Part shown: positions 42,601-57,800 of the stretch, piece after piece
Position numbering within the stretch: the stretch's first letter is position 1
How the letters are laid out: each line of letters starts with the position of its first letter
Assembly: GCA_965644265.1 (NCBI GenBank)
Contig: OZ286459.1
Location: forward strand, 92,752,001-92,816,000
Source of the DNA: Glycera tridactyla
Lineage: Eukaryota
Length of the DNA stretch: 64,000 nucleotides
Direction: 5' to 3'
Notes under the pieces: model-generated
What the model was told of the DNA's origin: nothing
Database searches by the model: none
The model's input: only the letters and a program-made list of their open reading frames with translations
Translations under genes and position numbers: made by a program

Positions 42601-45600
42601 GACGGTCAGTTATCACACAATACACTTGAATTATTATTTATAAATCATATATAAATGTTGTTCTGTAGCATTCTGGAGATGAAGAATCATTGATAGTTAA
42701 TGTTTCGTGGATAAAAACACAATTCACCACTAGAAAACAACTGACATTCGTGCAAGTCATCTACTTGACTCACCTGGTCTAGGATAATCATGAAGGTCGA
42801 GCTCAGCAGAGGCATCGATGTCTCCTTCGGGTTTCTTTCCTTTACCCTTGAAGCCCCATGATGGCATGGAGATGTGTGGCATATTGATGTCAAACCCTCT
42901 TCTGTGGTCCTCATCGTGAGATTCATCATCTTTCTCTTTCTTTTCTTTGGGTTTCCTCTTCCAATCAAAGCCAAATTTGGGACCCTTGAAATGAGGTCCT
43001 TTGAAGCCGAAATCAGCATCGAAATCAAATGATGGTGGATCTGGGCATGACAGATCAAAATCAATTGCACCATCATCTTTGTCCTTAGAGAGCCACTTGA
43101 GACAGGGGAACTCGTACACGTGTCCTCTTGGAACATCTTCAATGGTCACCTTTTCCGGTTTCCAGTCTGGTGCAGCACCAGAATTGTCATGCTCGATGTG
43201 GCACTTACCGATGGGACCAACACATGGTAGCTCAAAGTCGAATTTATCAGTTCTGAAACAAGGGTTTGTATCATTAGTTGAGATAATGCACAAATGATTT
43301 TAAAGCTCCAACTATTTTGAGGAAATCAGATAGATATGGTACAGCATATCATTTAGATCTACGAGTCTCTGAAATTTAAGGAGCGAAGCCCAATGAAATA
43401 CAATATTATATGCTTGATCAAGATATGTTGTAGACATACTTTGCACACTGCACTATCTGCATTCACAGACGGGATTACAAATTTCCAGAGAATATGAAAC
43501 GAGTTCTTTGGTATACAATCATGATGTGCTTGCAAATTGGTCACTTACTGTCCTGGCTTGAAGTTGTCCTTGAGGAGGTTGTCCAGCTTCAACTTGCCAG
43601 AGTCACCAAGAAGACCAAAGAATGTCAGGAAGACATTGGCGTCAGTTCCAGCATCTGGTTCATCAGCTGTGTGGACTTTCACTTTGTACTTCGTATCTGC
43701 ATTGAGAAAATCATTACTATTGATCTCCAATTTACGATCACCATTAAAATGTTTTGTATATTGCGTAACAAAACCGACTTCACTGTATACACTGTATTCA
43801 CAATCCATATGTTTGACATTATCAAAGGTGCTCGGTTAGTGTGTGATGGGAATCACCTTGATACTTGGTGCCCTTTCAATCACACCCAATGTCACAAGAC
43901 TGGTGACCCAGCATAAACAATATTCATGAGTGAGCTGAAGTGTGGTATTCATTGGCTTGTTATGACTGAAATACATGTAACATGGGCTTCCTTAGAAACC
44001 ATCTATCGCATATCCCGAACTAATGCAACATGTTTTCATCATGGTATGACTTAGGACTTGGATAGAAGTGATATCTTGTGGACATACACTGGGTACCCTC
44101 TGACCCACAACGTACCTGGTCTGGGGTGATCATCAAGATCAATCTCAGCAGAAGCATCAAGATCTCCTTTTGGCTTTTTTCCTCGGCCCTTGAAGCCCCA
44201 TGATGGCATTGAGAACTTGGGGCCCTTGAAATGTGGCCACTTTATGCCGAAATCGGAGTCAAAATCAAATGATGGTGGATCTGGGCATGATAGATCAAAA
44301 TCAATTTCACCATCACCCTTGTCCTTTGACAACCACTTGAGACAGGGGAACTCGTACACGTGTCCACGTGGAACATCTTCGATGGTCACCTTCTCCAGTT
44401 TCCAGTCTGGATCTGGTCCAGAGTTGTCATGCTCAATATGACATCCACCGATGGGACCAACACATGGTAGCTCAAAGTCAAATTTATCTGTCCTGAAACA
44501 AAACAGCCAATCAATTGATCATTTGGCACTAGTTAGCATGAGCTGATGGACAAATAAATATCAATGATGCCATTGATTACCTCTTGGCATTTCCAAGATC
44601 ATGTTCAAAATCGTCGGATTCAGGGGTCTTGGATATATTGCCATGAGACAGAAGAGAGGGGGAACTACATGCTTGAGACAGACACAATCTTGCTTATTCA
44701 TGCTATGATATGGACATCTCTAACATATTGCTGTTTTTGCCAGTAAAGCTTGGACTGCATATTTGTGAAGAATTCGATTTTAGGCATACTGATCTTCATG
44801 ATGTAACATTCTGTAAAATTCGGAACATGTTGGAGGTGTTTACTTACTTTCCTGGCTTGAAGTTGTCCTTGAGGAGGTTGTCCAGCTTTAATTTTCCGGA
44901 GTCACCCAAGAGACCGACAAATGTGAGGAAGACATTGGCATCAGTTCCAGCATCTGGCTCATCAGCGGTATGGACTTTCACTTTGTACCTCGTATCTGCA
45001 TTGAAATAACAATAAACATTGTTAATTTTGTAAACATAAATTTCATGGTATAATCAGTAATCTCGACGGATGGTAATTGGTAAACTGAGAAACAAAAGTG
45101 ACTGTTATATAAACTGCATTCATTATCCACATATTCAAGATCATTAAAGTGATCAAGCAGTGTGTGGCAGATATCAGTCTTATTTTGAATTCACAGTTGA
45201 ATTCATTTTAGCAGAGAATGAGTTATTAAACAGTCAGTACTTATGAGATTTTGTGCTCAACGCAGGAAGTGAGTGTAAGTGAAAGATGATAAAACTTGAT
45301 CCTTCTCCCTCAGCAACAGGAATGAAATTCCAATAAAATTCCATTAATATGAGTGCGTTGGATGAATATACTCGAATGCTTTAAGGCATCCCTACTTGTA
45401 GGTGACATTTTTGGTGTCACTCAATACAGGGCTGATGGTAAATGAATTCCACACTCCAGAATGACGAGACATACCTGGTCTGGGATGATCACCAAGATCA
45501 AGCTCAGCAGAGGCATCGACGTCTCCTTTTGGCTTCTTTCCTCGACCTTTGAAGTTCCATGATGGCATTGAGAACTTGGGACCCTTGAAATGTGGCCACT

Positions 45601-48600
45601 TTATGCCGAAATCGGAGTCAAAATCAAATGATGGTGGATCTGGGCATGATAGATCAAAATCAATTTCACCATCACCCTTGTCCTTTGACAACCACTTGAG
45701 ACAGGGGAACTCGTACACGTGTCCTCGTGGAACATCCTCGATGGTCACCTTCTCCAGCTTCCAGTCTGGATCTGGTCCAGAGTTGTCATGCTCAATATGA
45801 CATCCACCGATAGGACCAACACATGGTAGCTCAAAGTCGAATTTATCAGTCCTGAAATTAAACATTTGATGATTAGGAGTTGCTTCAATCTGAATCATTA
45901 CCATATCCGCAAATAAGCCGAGATGTGAAAGCATTTCGTTACACATGACGAAAATGGCCATTCATGGTTCATAGGTCAGTCTCACATGAGTTGGAAATGG
46001 GAAAATACACGTGAATGCATGTTGATAACAGATAATATTGCTCGAGTTATTCTGTGTAGATGTTTCACATATTACCGATTCAAGCTGCACACATTGTATG
46101 CATATCTGCTGAGGATATGAAACGAGCTTCAGTCATATTCGCGATCTCCACTGGAAGATAGTTGTAACTTGCTTTGCTGGCATGAAGTTGTCCTGGGGAA
46201 AAGTTGGACTGCATATTTTTGAATTTGAATTTGAATTTGAAGCATACTTATGCACATGGTTTTCTGTTAAAATCAAAACATGTGGAAGGTGTTGACATAC
46301 TTTCCTGGCTTGAAGTTGTCTTTGAGGAGGTTGTCCAGCTTCAACTTTCCGGAGTCACCCAAGAGACCGAAGAATGTCAGGTAGACATTAGCATCAGTTC
46401 CAGCATCTGGTTCATCTGCTGTGTGGACTTTCACTTTGTACTTCGTATCTGCATTGAGAAAACCATGAACATCGTTGACTTAGCAAACGAAAATTATTAT
46501 GGTATTTTTGAACAATCTTGAACCCTGTTAATTGGCAAACTGCGCTACTGAAGTAACGTTAGAATGTACTGTAGATATATTGTCTCTGTCCATATAATTG
46601 TGATCATATCAATTGGAGTGTGGCCGTGATCAGTCTAATTCAGAGATGCATTAAGGGTTTGATTCATACAAGCAAAGACTCAGTTATTTCAATCTCATCT
46701 GTCATGCGAAATCCCGCGTCAAGCAAGAAATGATTATATGTGAAAGATGATAAAATTGTATCCTTCTTTCTTAGCAACGGCAATGATATTCCAGATAATT
46801 CACCTGAGATGGACGTGTTCTGACAACTGTGGATGCGTATAATTGTGAGTGAATGCATTAGGGCATCACATTTCCTTAGCAACAGGAATGGAATTCCAAA
46901 AGAATTCCAATCATATGAGAATGCTCCAAAAAGTTTGGATGGATATACTTGTGACTGGATTCATTAGAGAATCCTATTTGTAGGCGACATATTTTTTGTC
47001 ATTCAATTCTTAACTGATGGTAAATGAATTCCATGCCCCTTGATGGCATGACATACCTGGTCTGGGGTGATCATCAAGATCGAGCTCAGCAGAGGCATCA
47101 ATGTCTCCTTTCGGCTTCTTTCCTCGACCCTTGAAGCCCCATGATGGCATTGAGAACTTGGGGCCCTTGAAATGAGGTCCTTTCAAACCGAAATCAGCAT
47201 CAAAATCAAATGACGGAGGGTCTGGGCATGATAGATCAAAATCAATTCCACCATCACCCTTGTCTTTTGACAACCACTTGAGACAGGGGAACTCGTACAC
47301 GTGTCCTCGTGGAACATCTTCGATGGTCACCTTCTCCAGTTTCCAGTCTGGATCTGGTCCAGAGTTGTCATGCTCAATATGACATCCACCGATAGGACCA
47401 ACACATGGTAGCTCAAAGTCGAATTTATCAGTCCTGAAACCAAACATTTGATGATTAAGAAATTTTGCATCGATTTGTACAACCTGATGCATTAGCATAA
47501 CCACAAATACGCAACAATGTGGTAACATTTCGATACCCATGGTGAACATGGCCATTCATGACTCATAGGTCACACCACAAACATATTAGAATTGGGCCAA
47601 TAACCATAAATGCATTCTGGGAACAAACAATATTTCGCGAAAAATATGATGCAAGCTTCTGTCATATTTGTGATATTCTCTGGGAGATGATGGTAACTTA
47701 CTTTCCTGGCCTGAAGTTGTCCTTGAGAAGATTGTCCAGCTTCAGCTTTCCAGAGTCACCGAGAAGACCGAAGAATGTTAGGAAGACATTGGCATCAGTG
47801 CCAGCATCTGGCTCATCAGCGGTGTGGACTTTCACCTTGTATTTGGTATCTACAATTGAAAAAACATCAATGTCATCTGCTCTATCCATTCCACACTATG
47901 TATATTTGGTACTTAGAATTACAGAACTTATGAATTGGGCCACTGTTCATTTGATCAATCAAATTTGCTCAACTGGGGAATGGAAGACATCAGTGTAATC
48001 ATTTTTTTGTATTTCTTGTATGGATGATAGATGATTCACTGGATTTGGTTTTTGAATAGAATTGAATGGACATAGTAACATAGTAAACCCGTTGTATTAT
48101 ATATTTCATAACTGTCTCCTATATACACATCCTAACAACTGGGGTCGAGTAGGCAAATGTATTACTTTGAACTCCAAGTTAGGAGTGCCTCTTGATACTG
48201 ATAATTCTGTGCCAGACTGAATGAAGATGTCTGTGGTTACATCCTGGATGCGTGAGATAGAAATCACAATAAATCACAAAAAGATATACCTGGTCTTGGG
48301 TGGTCACCAAGATCGAGCTCAGCAGAAGCATCAAGGTCTCCTTTTGGTGTCTTTCCTCGGCCCTTGAAGCCCCATGACGGCATCGAGAACTTGGGGCCCT
48401 TGAAGTGAGGTCCTTTGAAGTTGAAGTCAGTATCGAAATCAAATGATGGTGGATCCGGGCATGATAGATCATAATCAATGGCACCATCATCCTTGTCCTT
48501 TGACAACCACTTGAGACAGGGGAACTCATACACATGTCCTCGTGGAACATCTTCGATGGTGACCTTTTCCAGTTTCCAGTCTGGTGCAGCACCTGAGTTG

Positions 48601-48797
48601 TCATGCTCGATGTGACATCCGCCGATAGGACCAACACATGGCAGTTCGAAGTCGAACTTATCAGTCCTGGAAAGTGCAATATATTCATATCAGTGTATCA
48701 GAGTTCTGTTCGGGCATTCCAAAATCTGTCTGACATCCATTATGAGCCTCATGAATCTGTCTTCTCATGATGAATCTGTGTGGCAGAGTAGGTATGG

Positions 48798-48872
<75 letters not shown>

Positions 48873-51800
48873 TGTGTGTGTGGGGGGTACAATTATAGGA
48901 AACAATTTGTCAATTGCTTGGATTTGCTCGCTAACTTCACAACACAAGAATTCAAAATTAGATTTTCCTGTCAAGATCAACAAGACTGCTATTTCTTTTC
49001 TGATTATTCCAAATAGACAAGACACGATGGCCTTCGTATAGGCACATCTATAAGCATGCAAAAAGTTATCCAGGTCAATCATGTGAGGACATTGAATCAT
49101 AAAGGTCTTGCATTGTCATATTACGCATTTTTCTCTCCTGACATCACATTGCCAAAATGAATTGCCAAAGGATCCATAGAATTATTATTCAGAAATAGAT
49201 GAACCCAGCTGTCTGTCATCACATGAAGCAATCCCTGTAATCTGGATGGATTCTGGATTTGGCAATGCAGTAGATAGTGGCAGATCTTTTGAAATATTCC
49301 CCTAAAGTACTTACTTTCCACGTTCGAAGTTATCTTTCAGGTTGTCCAACTTCAACTTGCCGGAGTCACCAAGAAGGCCAAAGAATGTGAGGAAGACATT
49401 AGCATCAGTTCCAGCATCTGGTTCGTCAGCTGTGTGCACTTTCACCTTGTATTTCGTATCTGTGGAAATAAATAGTATTGAAGGCAATTCATTGAGGAGG
49501 CGATGAATGTTGAAATGGTTGCTCCGTTGGTTCAGTTTGGTAATCAACACCTAAAACAGGATGATCAGTGGATTGGATTACTCTAAATGCCCATTTGCTT
49601 AATTCCCATGATGTAGAGAATTGCCTTAATGCATCAGATTAGAGACAAGTACCATGAGGATATTTCAATCAGTGAAAAGTTCTTGACAGTGCGCATATGG
49701 TGGCAATTTTTTGAAGGATAGATTTGATGGTCATGGCATATCAAAGAGACTTTGCAAGCACATTCTCAAAAAACCAGCAATGTAATTTCAGTCATACACC
49801 CAATTTACATACCTGGTCTGGGATAATCATCAAGGTCAAGCTCAGCAGAGGCATCAAGGTCTCCTTTCGGTTTCTTTCCTCGACCTTTGAATCCAAATGA
49901 AGGCATTGAGATATGAGGCATGTTAATGTCAAATCCTCTTCTGTGACCCTCATCATCAGATTCTTCATCTTTCTCTTTCTTCTCTTTTGGTTTCCTCTGC
50001 TTTTTATCCCAACCAAATTTGGGGCCTTTGAAGTGAGGTCCTTTGAAGCCAAAGTCAACATCAAAATCAAATGATGGTGGATCGGGGCATGATATATCAA
50101 AATCTATAGCCCCGTCATCTTTGTCCTTTGACAACCATTTGAGACAGGGGAACTCGTATGAATGCCCTCGTGGAACATCTTCGATGGTCACCTTGTCCAG
50201 TTTCCAGTCTGGAGCAGCACCAGAGTTGTCATGCTCAATATGACATTTACTAATTGGACCGACACATGGCAATTCGAAGTCGAACTCATCAATCCTACAA
50301 AAAGCAAACACATACTTGTTCAATAAATAGGCAGGTGCAATTCTGTCATTGTTGAATTTTCTTTACACGAAAGGATAGATTATTCTGAATAATACTTCAT
50401 GATTAGAGGATAGGAATGTAGGCATCCAATATGCAGATCACCCTGTAGCCAATGAATATATAGTTTGTGGACTGCCTTTATCGAAGGTGACTTGGCAGGG
50501 CTCCATGTTGATGCCTGCCTTTACTGGCAGACGGATTGATTAATAGGACACATACTTTTATCAGTCTACCTGCCTGATGGGCAAGTACATAATCATTATC
50601 TAGTTCATGATTATATGCAAAAGGGCAGGTGAAAATCACAGTTGAGGAAAAAAATTAATGGACATATCTGTGAAGTGCATTACTCACTTTCCTGGCTCGA
50701 AGTTATTCTTGATATTGTCCAGTTTCAGCTTGCCTGAGTCGCCCAAGAGACCAAAGAATGTAAGGAATACATTAGCATCTGTTCCGGCATCAGGTTGATC
50801 AGCAGTGTGGACCTTAACGTGGTATTTCGTATCTGAAAAGAAAGGGGAAAGTTCAGGAAGGATACATGAAAATGAAAGATTCACAGTTTGGTATCCTCTG
50901 CAGGTCTCATCTTGAATGGTGAACCTTGTTCATTTCATTCACCGATCTGAGCAGGAGCTCTGTTCTCATTTGCAAACTATGTTGTCCGCTTGAGAACCAG
51001 GGTGACTGCACCTAACTTGCTCTCTACATACTAATCAAAATCCAGATTATTGATTATTCCTTTATGACATTGTCTCAGAAGATTAAAAACATTTCAAGGC
51101 AGGTAGGTGATAATTTACATCTGTATATGCTCACCTGCGATTGATACTGAAGAGGGGGAGGAGCATGATCCACTCCATCCGATTGTTTACCAGCAGATTT
51201 GCACCACAGTCTTGTGTAGAAGAATGAATGATAGTGATACAAGCACATTTCATATTGACACTGCGCCCACACAACATACCTGGTCTGGGGTGATCCTTAA
51301 GGTCTAGCTCAGCAGAGGCATCAATGTCTCCTTTCGGTTTCTTTCCTCGGCCTTTGAAACCAAATGATGGCATCGAGAAATGTGGCATGTTGAAGTCGAA
51401 TCCTCTGCGACGACCTTCGTCATCAGACTCCTCGTCTTTCCCTTTCTTTGCCTTGGATTTCTTATCGAGGGAGAACTTCGGTCCTCTGACATCGATGCTC
51501 GGAGCTTCAACTTCAATTTGACCCTCAAGTCCAGTAGCTGGTAGGTCACAGGTGAGTTCTCGACCAATTGAACCATCTTCTTTATCCTTTGCAAACCATC
51601 GCTGACAGATGAACTCGTACAAATTCCCTTTTGCCATGTCGAGAATGACAACTTTGTCAAGGAACCATGCTGGTCCAGCACCAGAGTTGTCATGCTCAAT
51701 GAAGACTTTGTTGACGGGGCCAACATATGGAGATTTGATCTTGAATTTGTCGACACTGCAATCAGATGAACTTGAATGAGAGACAGCTGGAAGACTTCCC

Positions 51801-54800
51801 ACAATCATTTTATATCATCCATAACCAGAGAATCTCCCATCAGTCTAGAAAGCTGGTCATGATGCTCCCGGGATCAGTATTTGTACAGGCAAGTCGAGAA
51901 ACGAGGGAGGCAAAATCTTCCAGTCAGATGAGAAATTTATTGCATGTAAATCTTTTCTAGTGGATCTAAGGTTTGAAAACAGCACGAAAGACATGAGAAA
52001 TCATATTCTCACGTAACGCAATTGATGAAAGGTGTATATGACATAGGAATTCATGAGTAACTACCATTCAGATAAACTCTCAGCATGTAATTCCTTCCTC
52101 GATGAATATTCACCAAATTGAATATTTATCATGCAATGTATTTTTACCTGCATATAATCACCCTGAACTGTTGAATTTGTTCTTGTCTTTTATCAATAAG
52201 AACTACTTTTATAGTATTCAAGCTGCTGCTACTTGACAAGAACTCGTATATTGGCATGTGTAGACTCGAAACAATTCAACTTATTCTGGGAAAACTGTAC
52301 CTGATCCCAATATCAAGCATCCCTTTCAGATTAATGTGAAATGTATAGTTTGTTATGGCTGTAGTATTTTCATCGACTAATGCTGTTCCCTTCTACTCAC
52401 CTTCCAGTCTCAAAGTTATTCTTTGCATTGTCCAACTTGTGTTTACCAGAATCTCCATGGAGCCCGAAGAATGTCATGAACACATTAGCATCAGTGCCAG
52501 AACCAAACTTATCACCAGTATGAACAGTGACCTCATAATCATGCTCTGTAAGAAAGGCCAGACAAACAGAAATGAATGTTTATTCAATAAGCCAAACTGA
52601 TGGCACCAAAATTGCATCCAACAAAAACGCAACATGCAAACCAGGGAGTGCAGCACAGCTAGGAGTTTCCATGCGAGTTACTTTTTAGTTCAAGGATATA
52701 TGGATTAAGTGAGTGACCAAAAACATTCACAAAGTACAGTACCTAGTTATTTTCTGGTATTTACTACAGAAAGAAATTTCCTTAATCTCCTTTGAACAGA
52801 GTGTTTCAAAGGGAAGCGCTAGATATTCTATCAGTTGAAATTGAAGGTGCCAAGGTTTCACCATACAGATACATACTCTTCTAGAGGACACAATAGCTAA
52901 TCGTCCAAATTCCAAGCTCTGATCAGGAGCAGCACTAAGTTACTTCTTGACAGTTTTTTTTAGCAAATGAGATTTTGTTCATAAATACGGTAGTCAGATA
53001 AATAGTTTCACTCATCCACGCTGTGCCCTATATATCTCCAAACAATATCAGTGGCATCATAGCAGTTCAGTATCCATAATCTACTTGAGAGAATACTCAC
53101 CTCCATCAGGCAGAGATGGTACACTCACTCCACCCTCGAACGAGGCATCAAGGTCTTTCTTTCCCTTGACTTTTTTGTCACCCTTCTTGAAACCAAAGCT
53201 TGGCAGATTGAAGGAGAAGCCTCTACTCTTGCGATCACCTTCATCTCCAGATTCATCACCCTTCTTTTTCTTCTCTTTAGGTTTCTTCTCCTTCCCACCA
53301 AATCCGAATTTGCCTTTCGGTTTTTTCACTTTAGGCCCAGTCAAGTCTATACTGACTCCAGGTGCTTTGCCACCAATGTCAAGTTCTCCATCAAAATCTA
53401 GGTCAAATTCGCCACCCAGTGAGAGATCACGAGATATTGCACCATCCTCTTTGTCTTTGTCAAACCATCGTTGACATGGGAACACATATTTCTTTTCATG
53501 CTCAAGGTCATCAATCACAATCTTGTCCAAGAACCATGCAGGTCCAGGTCCAGTGTTGTCATGTTCGATATTGACACGCTCCACTGGTCCAACGAATGGA
53601 CAGTCAATGTCAAATGTATCCACCCTGCAAACAAATCATACCCAAATTAATGCATTTGAAAAAGTTAATAAGTGTGCTGGGTCGCAGACATGTGAAAGTC
53701 ATTATATGATTATTTCGTTGTGTCCATAGAATGAAGTTGAAATGATCATTGATTAATTGATCAAGTAGGATTTACTGTCTCTTCAAGTCAGGCAGGTTCA
53801 CTCAAGACGGGAAATTGGATGGCCTTGGTATATTTTTCTCTGCATATGATTCATAAGGTACATTACTTTTTATCTGCATCACTGTGCTCAGTTGAGTACA
53901 CAGAGAGAATGGCATAGCTTTATGTGTAAATGAAATAATATGAAGTTCACTCCAGCTCATATCGGGGATGGAATTATCCTGTTCTACTTGGAACTACATG
54001 CTTTCGAGTGAGAGTATTTTCAATTCCTCCCCACACAAATGCTTTTATGGATGGCCCTGATAAGATTGATTGGTTGGGTAGGGCTAATTGAGTAGAAATT
54101 ATGTAAATAAACATTTTGGAAACTCTGTCAAGACATGCGATCTCCAGGTAATATTACAGAAGTGCAGAAAATTCAATACTGCATAACGTCCACTTACTTT
54201 CCAGTTTCAAAGTTGTTCTTGGCATTATCAAGCTTATGTAATCCAGAATCACCGAGAGCACCAAAGAACTTCATGAACACATTGGCATCAGTACCGGATC
54301 CAAACTTGTCACCAGTATGGACATGGACTTTGTAGTTGCCTCCTGAAAAAAATAAACCGATTTGGTCTATCTCTCATATATATGACACAGGCTAGAGAAT
54401 GCCCATGTAGACAAAACTGCTTAATACATCAAATACCCAATCCCAATTATTCTTATATTACTAAATGCAGTTCTTGATACAACCAATAATTTTACACACT
54501 CCATAACTCAGCATTCTGCCTTCCATTGCTACTGAGATGGATGGATGAATAATGAACATGAGTACCATAGTATGATGCGTCCATTTATCAAGATATCCAT
54601 TTCATGTAGGACTCACCTGGATGCAACTACTTGGAAGTGACATATTCGTAATCACAATCACCAGAAAATCTACCATGTTAATGACAATTTTTCAAATGTT
54701 TGCGGGCCAACTGAACCTCGAAAATGACAATTGGAGGTTACTATCACTATTTGCTCCAACATCAGTATGACCAGCATAGGATACACTTTTCTCTCATTTG

Positions 54801-57800
54801 CCTGCAGAAACACAGACACCCACTGATCTGCAGAGACAACTCGAGGAGCAGATTTGCACCCCTATAAAATACACAGACATCACTTACACAATCAAGCATA
54901 TGTTTTCAACTCAAAAGACAACTTCCACTAGCCGTGCTGGTTCTTAATGAAGGTTATTTGTTAAGCATCTATGTGTCTGGTTGAGGCAAACCATTGTGTC
55001 TCAATGTGCGCCGATTGAGTTTGCCTACCTGGTGTTGGTACATCTGGAGTCTTGACCTTGATGTCACCCTCAGCTTTGACCTTAGGCTCCTTGTGTCCAC
55101 CTTTCATACTGAATGATGGCAATGTCACAGATGGGAGGTTGATATCAAAACCTCGACGACGGCCTTCATCATCAGATTCTTCCTCTTCCTTCTTTTTTGG
55201 TTCTCTCTCCTTCTTTTTCTTGTCTTTCGACCCAAATGAAAATTTCTTCTTGGGTTTCTTGACCTTTGGTCCTGTCAAATCAATACTAACACCTGGTGCC
55301 TTTGCATCAATGTCAAGATCTCCGTCAAAATCAAGATCAAATTCACCACCGAGGGAAAGATCACGAGATATTTCACCATCGTCCTTATCTTTGTCCAACC
55401 ATCGCTGACATGGGAAGACATACTTCTTCTTGTGCTCAATGTCATCGATGACAATCTTGTCAAGGAACCAGGCAGGTCCAGGTCCTGTGTTGTCATGCTC
55501 GATGTTGACACGCTCCACTGGTCCAACAAATGGACAATCAATCCCAAATGTATCCACCCTGGAAGGAGATATAATGAGGTCAGAACTAACATAGCAGTGT
55601 TAACAAAGAGCATAGATCATATTGACTGATTTCATTCATGATGTTGATGTGTATGCCTCATGCATGTACCTTTGGAATTGGTGCAGTCACATAATTGATA
55701 TGCCAGGACCAATCGATAACATTCAAAACCAAAGCATTGATGTGTGTAGTGATAATTACATTTCAGTGAGCAAACATTTCGAAGATGATCAAGTGCCCAT
55801 GACTGAGAAAATACCGAATTAAAAACAATTTTTCATCAGGACAACAAATTGATGAATGCAGGATAGGGCATAGATTACTTACTTTCCAGTCTCGAAGTTG
55901 TTCTTGGCATTGTCAAGCTTGTGTAGTCCGGAATCACCAAGGTCACCAAAGAACTTCAGGAACACATTGGCATCAGTACCCGAACCGAATTTGTCACCAG
56001 TATGTACATGTACTTTGTAGTTGCCATCTGCAAAAAACACAAGATTTGTGTCGAATGTTGAGCCATGAATACATAAGGATGTTGTCAATTCGAAGTAGAC
56101 ATAGGCGTTTTGCTCTTGAGTGGCTAATGACGACAGATACGTGATAACTGACATGAGAATGATTTGCATTTCCAATCAAAAAGTTCATTGATAGTTGTGT
56201 ATTGTTCAGCTTCTCACATCAATATCGGATTACCACGCAATAATTTATATCACATCATCAAGAGATATTTGCCACTGCAAATCATGTCTTCAGACATCAG
56301 GACATGTCAATAATGAACTTTATGGGATGAAATGTCACTGCAAATCATGTCTTCAGACATCAGGACATGTCAATAATGAACTTTATGGGATGAAATGTCA
56401 CTGAAATTTGTATGAAATGAAGTGATGTTGATGAGACATTGACCTCAGCTGACAACATTGACCTACCTGCTTTTGGTACATCTGGAGTCTTGACCTTGAG
56501 CTCACCCTCAGCTTTGACTTTAGGTTCTTTATGTCCTCCTTTCATACTGAATGATGGCAGTGACATAGATGGAAGGTTGATATCAAAGCCTCGACGACGG
56601 CCTTCATCATCAGAGTCCTCGTCCTCTTTTTTCTTCTTTGGTTCTTTCTCCTTCTTTTTCTTGTCTTTTGATCCAAATGAGAACTTCTTCTTTGGTTTCT
56701 TGACTTTGGGACCTTTCAACTCAATGTCAACCTCGGGACCTTCAGCATCAATGTCAATGTCACCGAGATCTAAATCGAATGCTCCACCAAGAGATCGATC
56801 TCGACTGATTTCTCCATCATCCTTCTTCTTGTCAAACCATCGTTGACAGGGGAACACATATTTCTTTTTATTCTCGAGATCGTCGATGATGACTTGCTCC
56901 AGGTACCAGGCAGGTCCAGCTCCCGAATTATCATGCTCAATCTGAACACGATCAACTGGACCAACATTCGGGCAGTTGATATTAAACGTATCCTTCCTGT
57001 GGAAAGATTCCCCATATTTGATGAAAATTTCAAATATGCAAAAACTAGGAAGTTGCCATGTTACTTCGATAATCCCTTACACACAACATCAATAATCTAT
57101 ATACTCGACCAAATTAAGAGGGTATCACATCACTTGTTAAAATTATGCTCATCTTCGTGGTATTCGAAAGGTTTTTTGTAGTTTGTTTGAGGTTTAACGG
57201 CATGTATCAACCTTAGGGTTATGTATGCAGTGTGTTCCTGGATAATGAAAGCTAGATGTTCGCAGACATCTCTCTCGCATACCCTGAACATAAGATGATG
57301 GAGAACCTGTAAGGTTTTCAAGTGGGAGTAGCTGACAGTTCAGACACACCTCTACCTGATCTGAACATACATAATAAACCTATGGTGGTGAAGAATTGAT
57401 ATGAATTGCATTGAAACACCATGAAAGTTCTTATCGCTGTTCACCTAAATGGTGACACTGAGTATGAATCACACTCACCTTCCAGTTTCAAAGTTATTTT
57501 TCGCGTTGTCAAGCTTGTATTTCCCTGAATCACCCAAGGGTCCAAAGAACGTCATGAAGACATTGGCGTCAGTGCCAGACCCGAATTTATCTCCAGTGTC
57601 GACATGTACCTTGTAGTTCCCTGAAAGAAGAAATGATCTATATCTGACAAAGCGTTCACTTTGCTATCATTATTTCTATGCATGTGGTCATACCCGGTGC
57701 ATGAGATATTCCATTAATCCTTGCACTTTCATAACTGAAAAAGTGGAAACTTTCACTGACACCGCTCATGATGTAAATTGTGTGAGCTTAATTCACACCC

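Noticed and set aside
48742-49100. CV/HT-repeat ORFs
   Set aside because: Translations of the (GT)n microsatellite.
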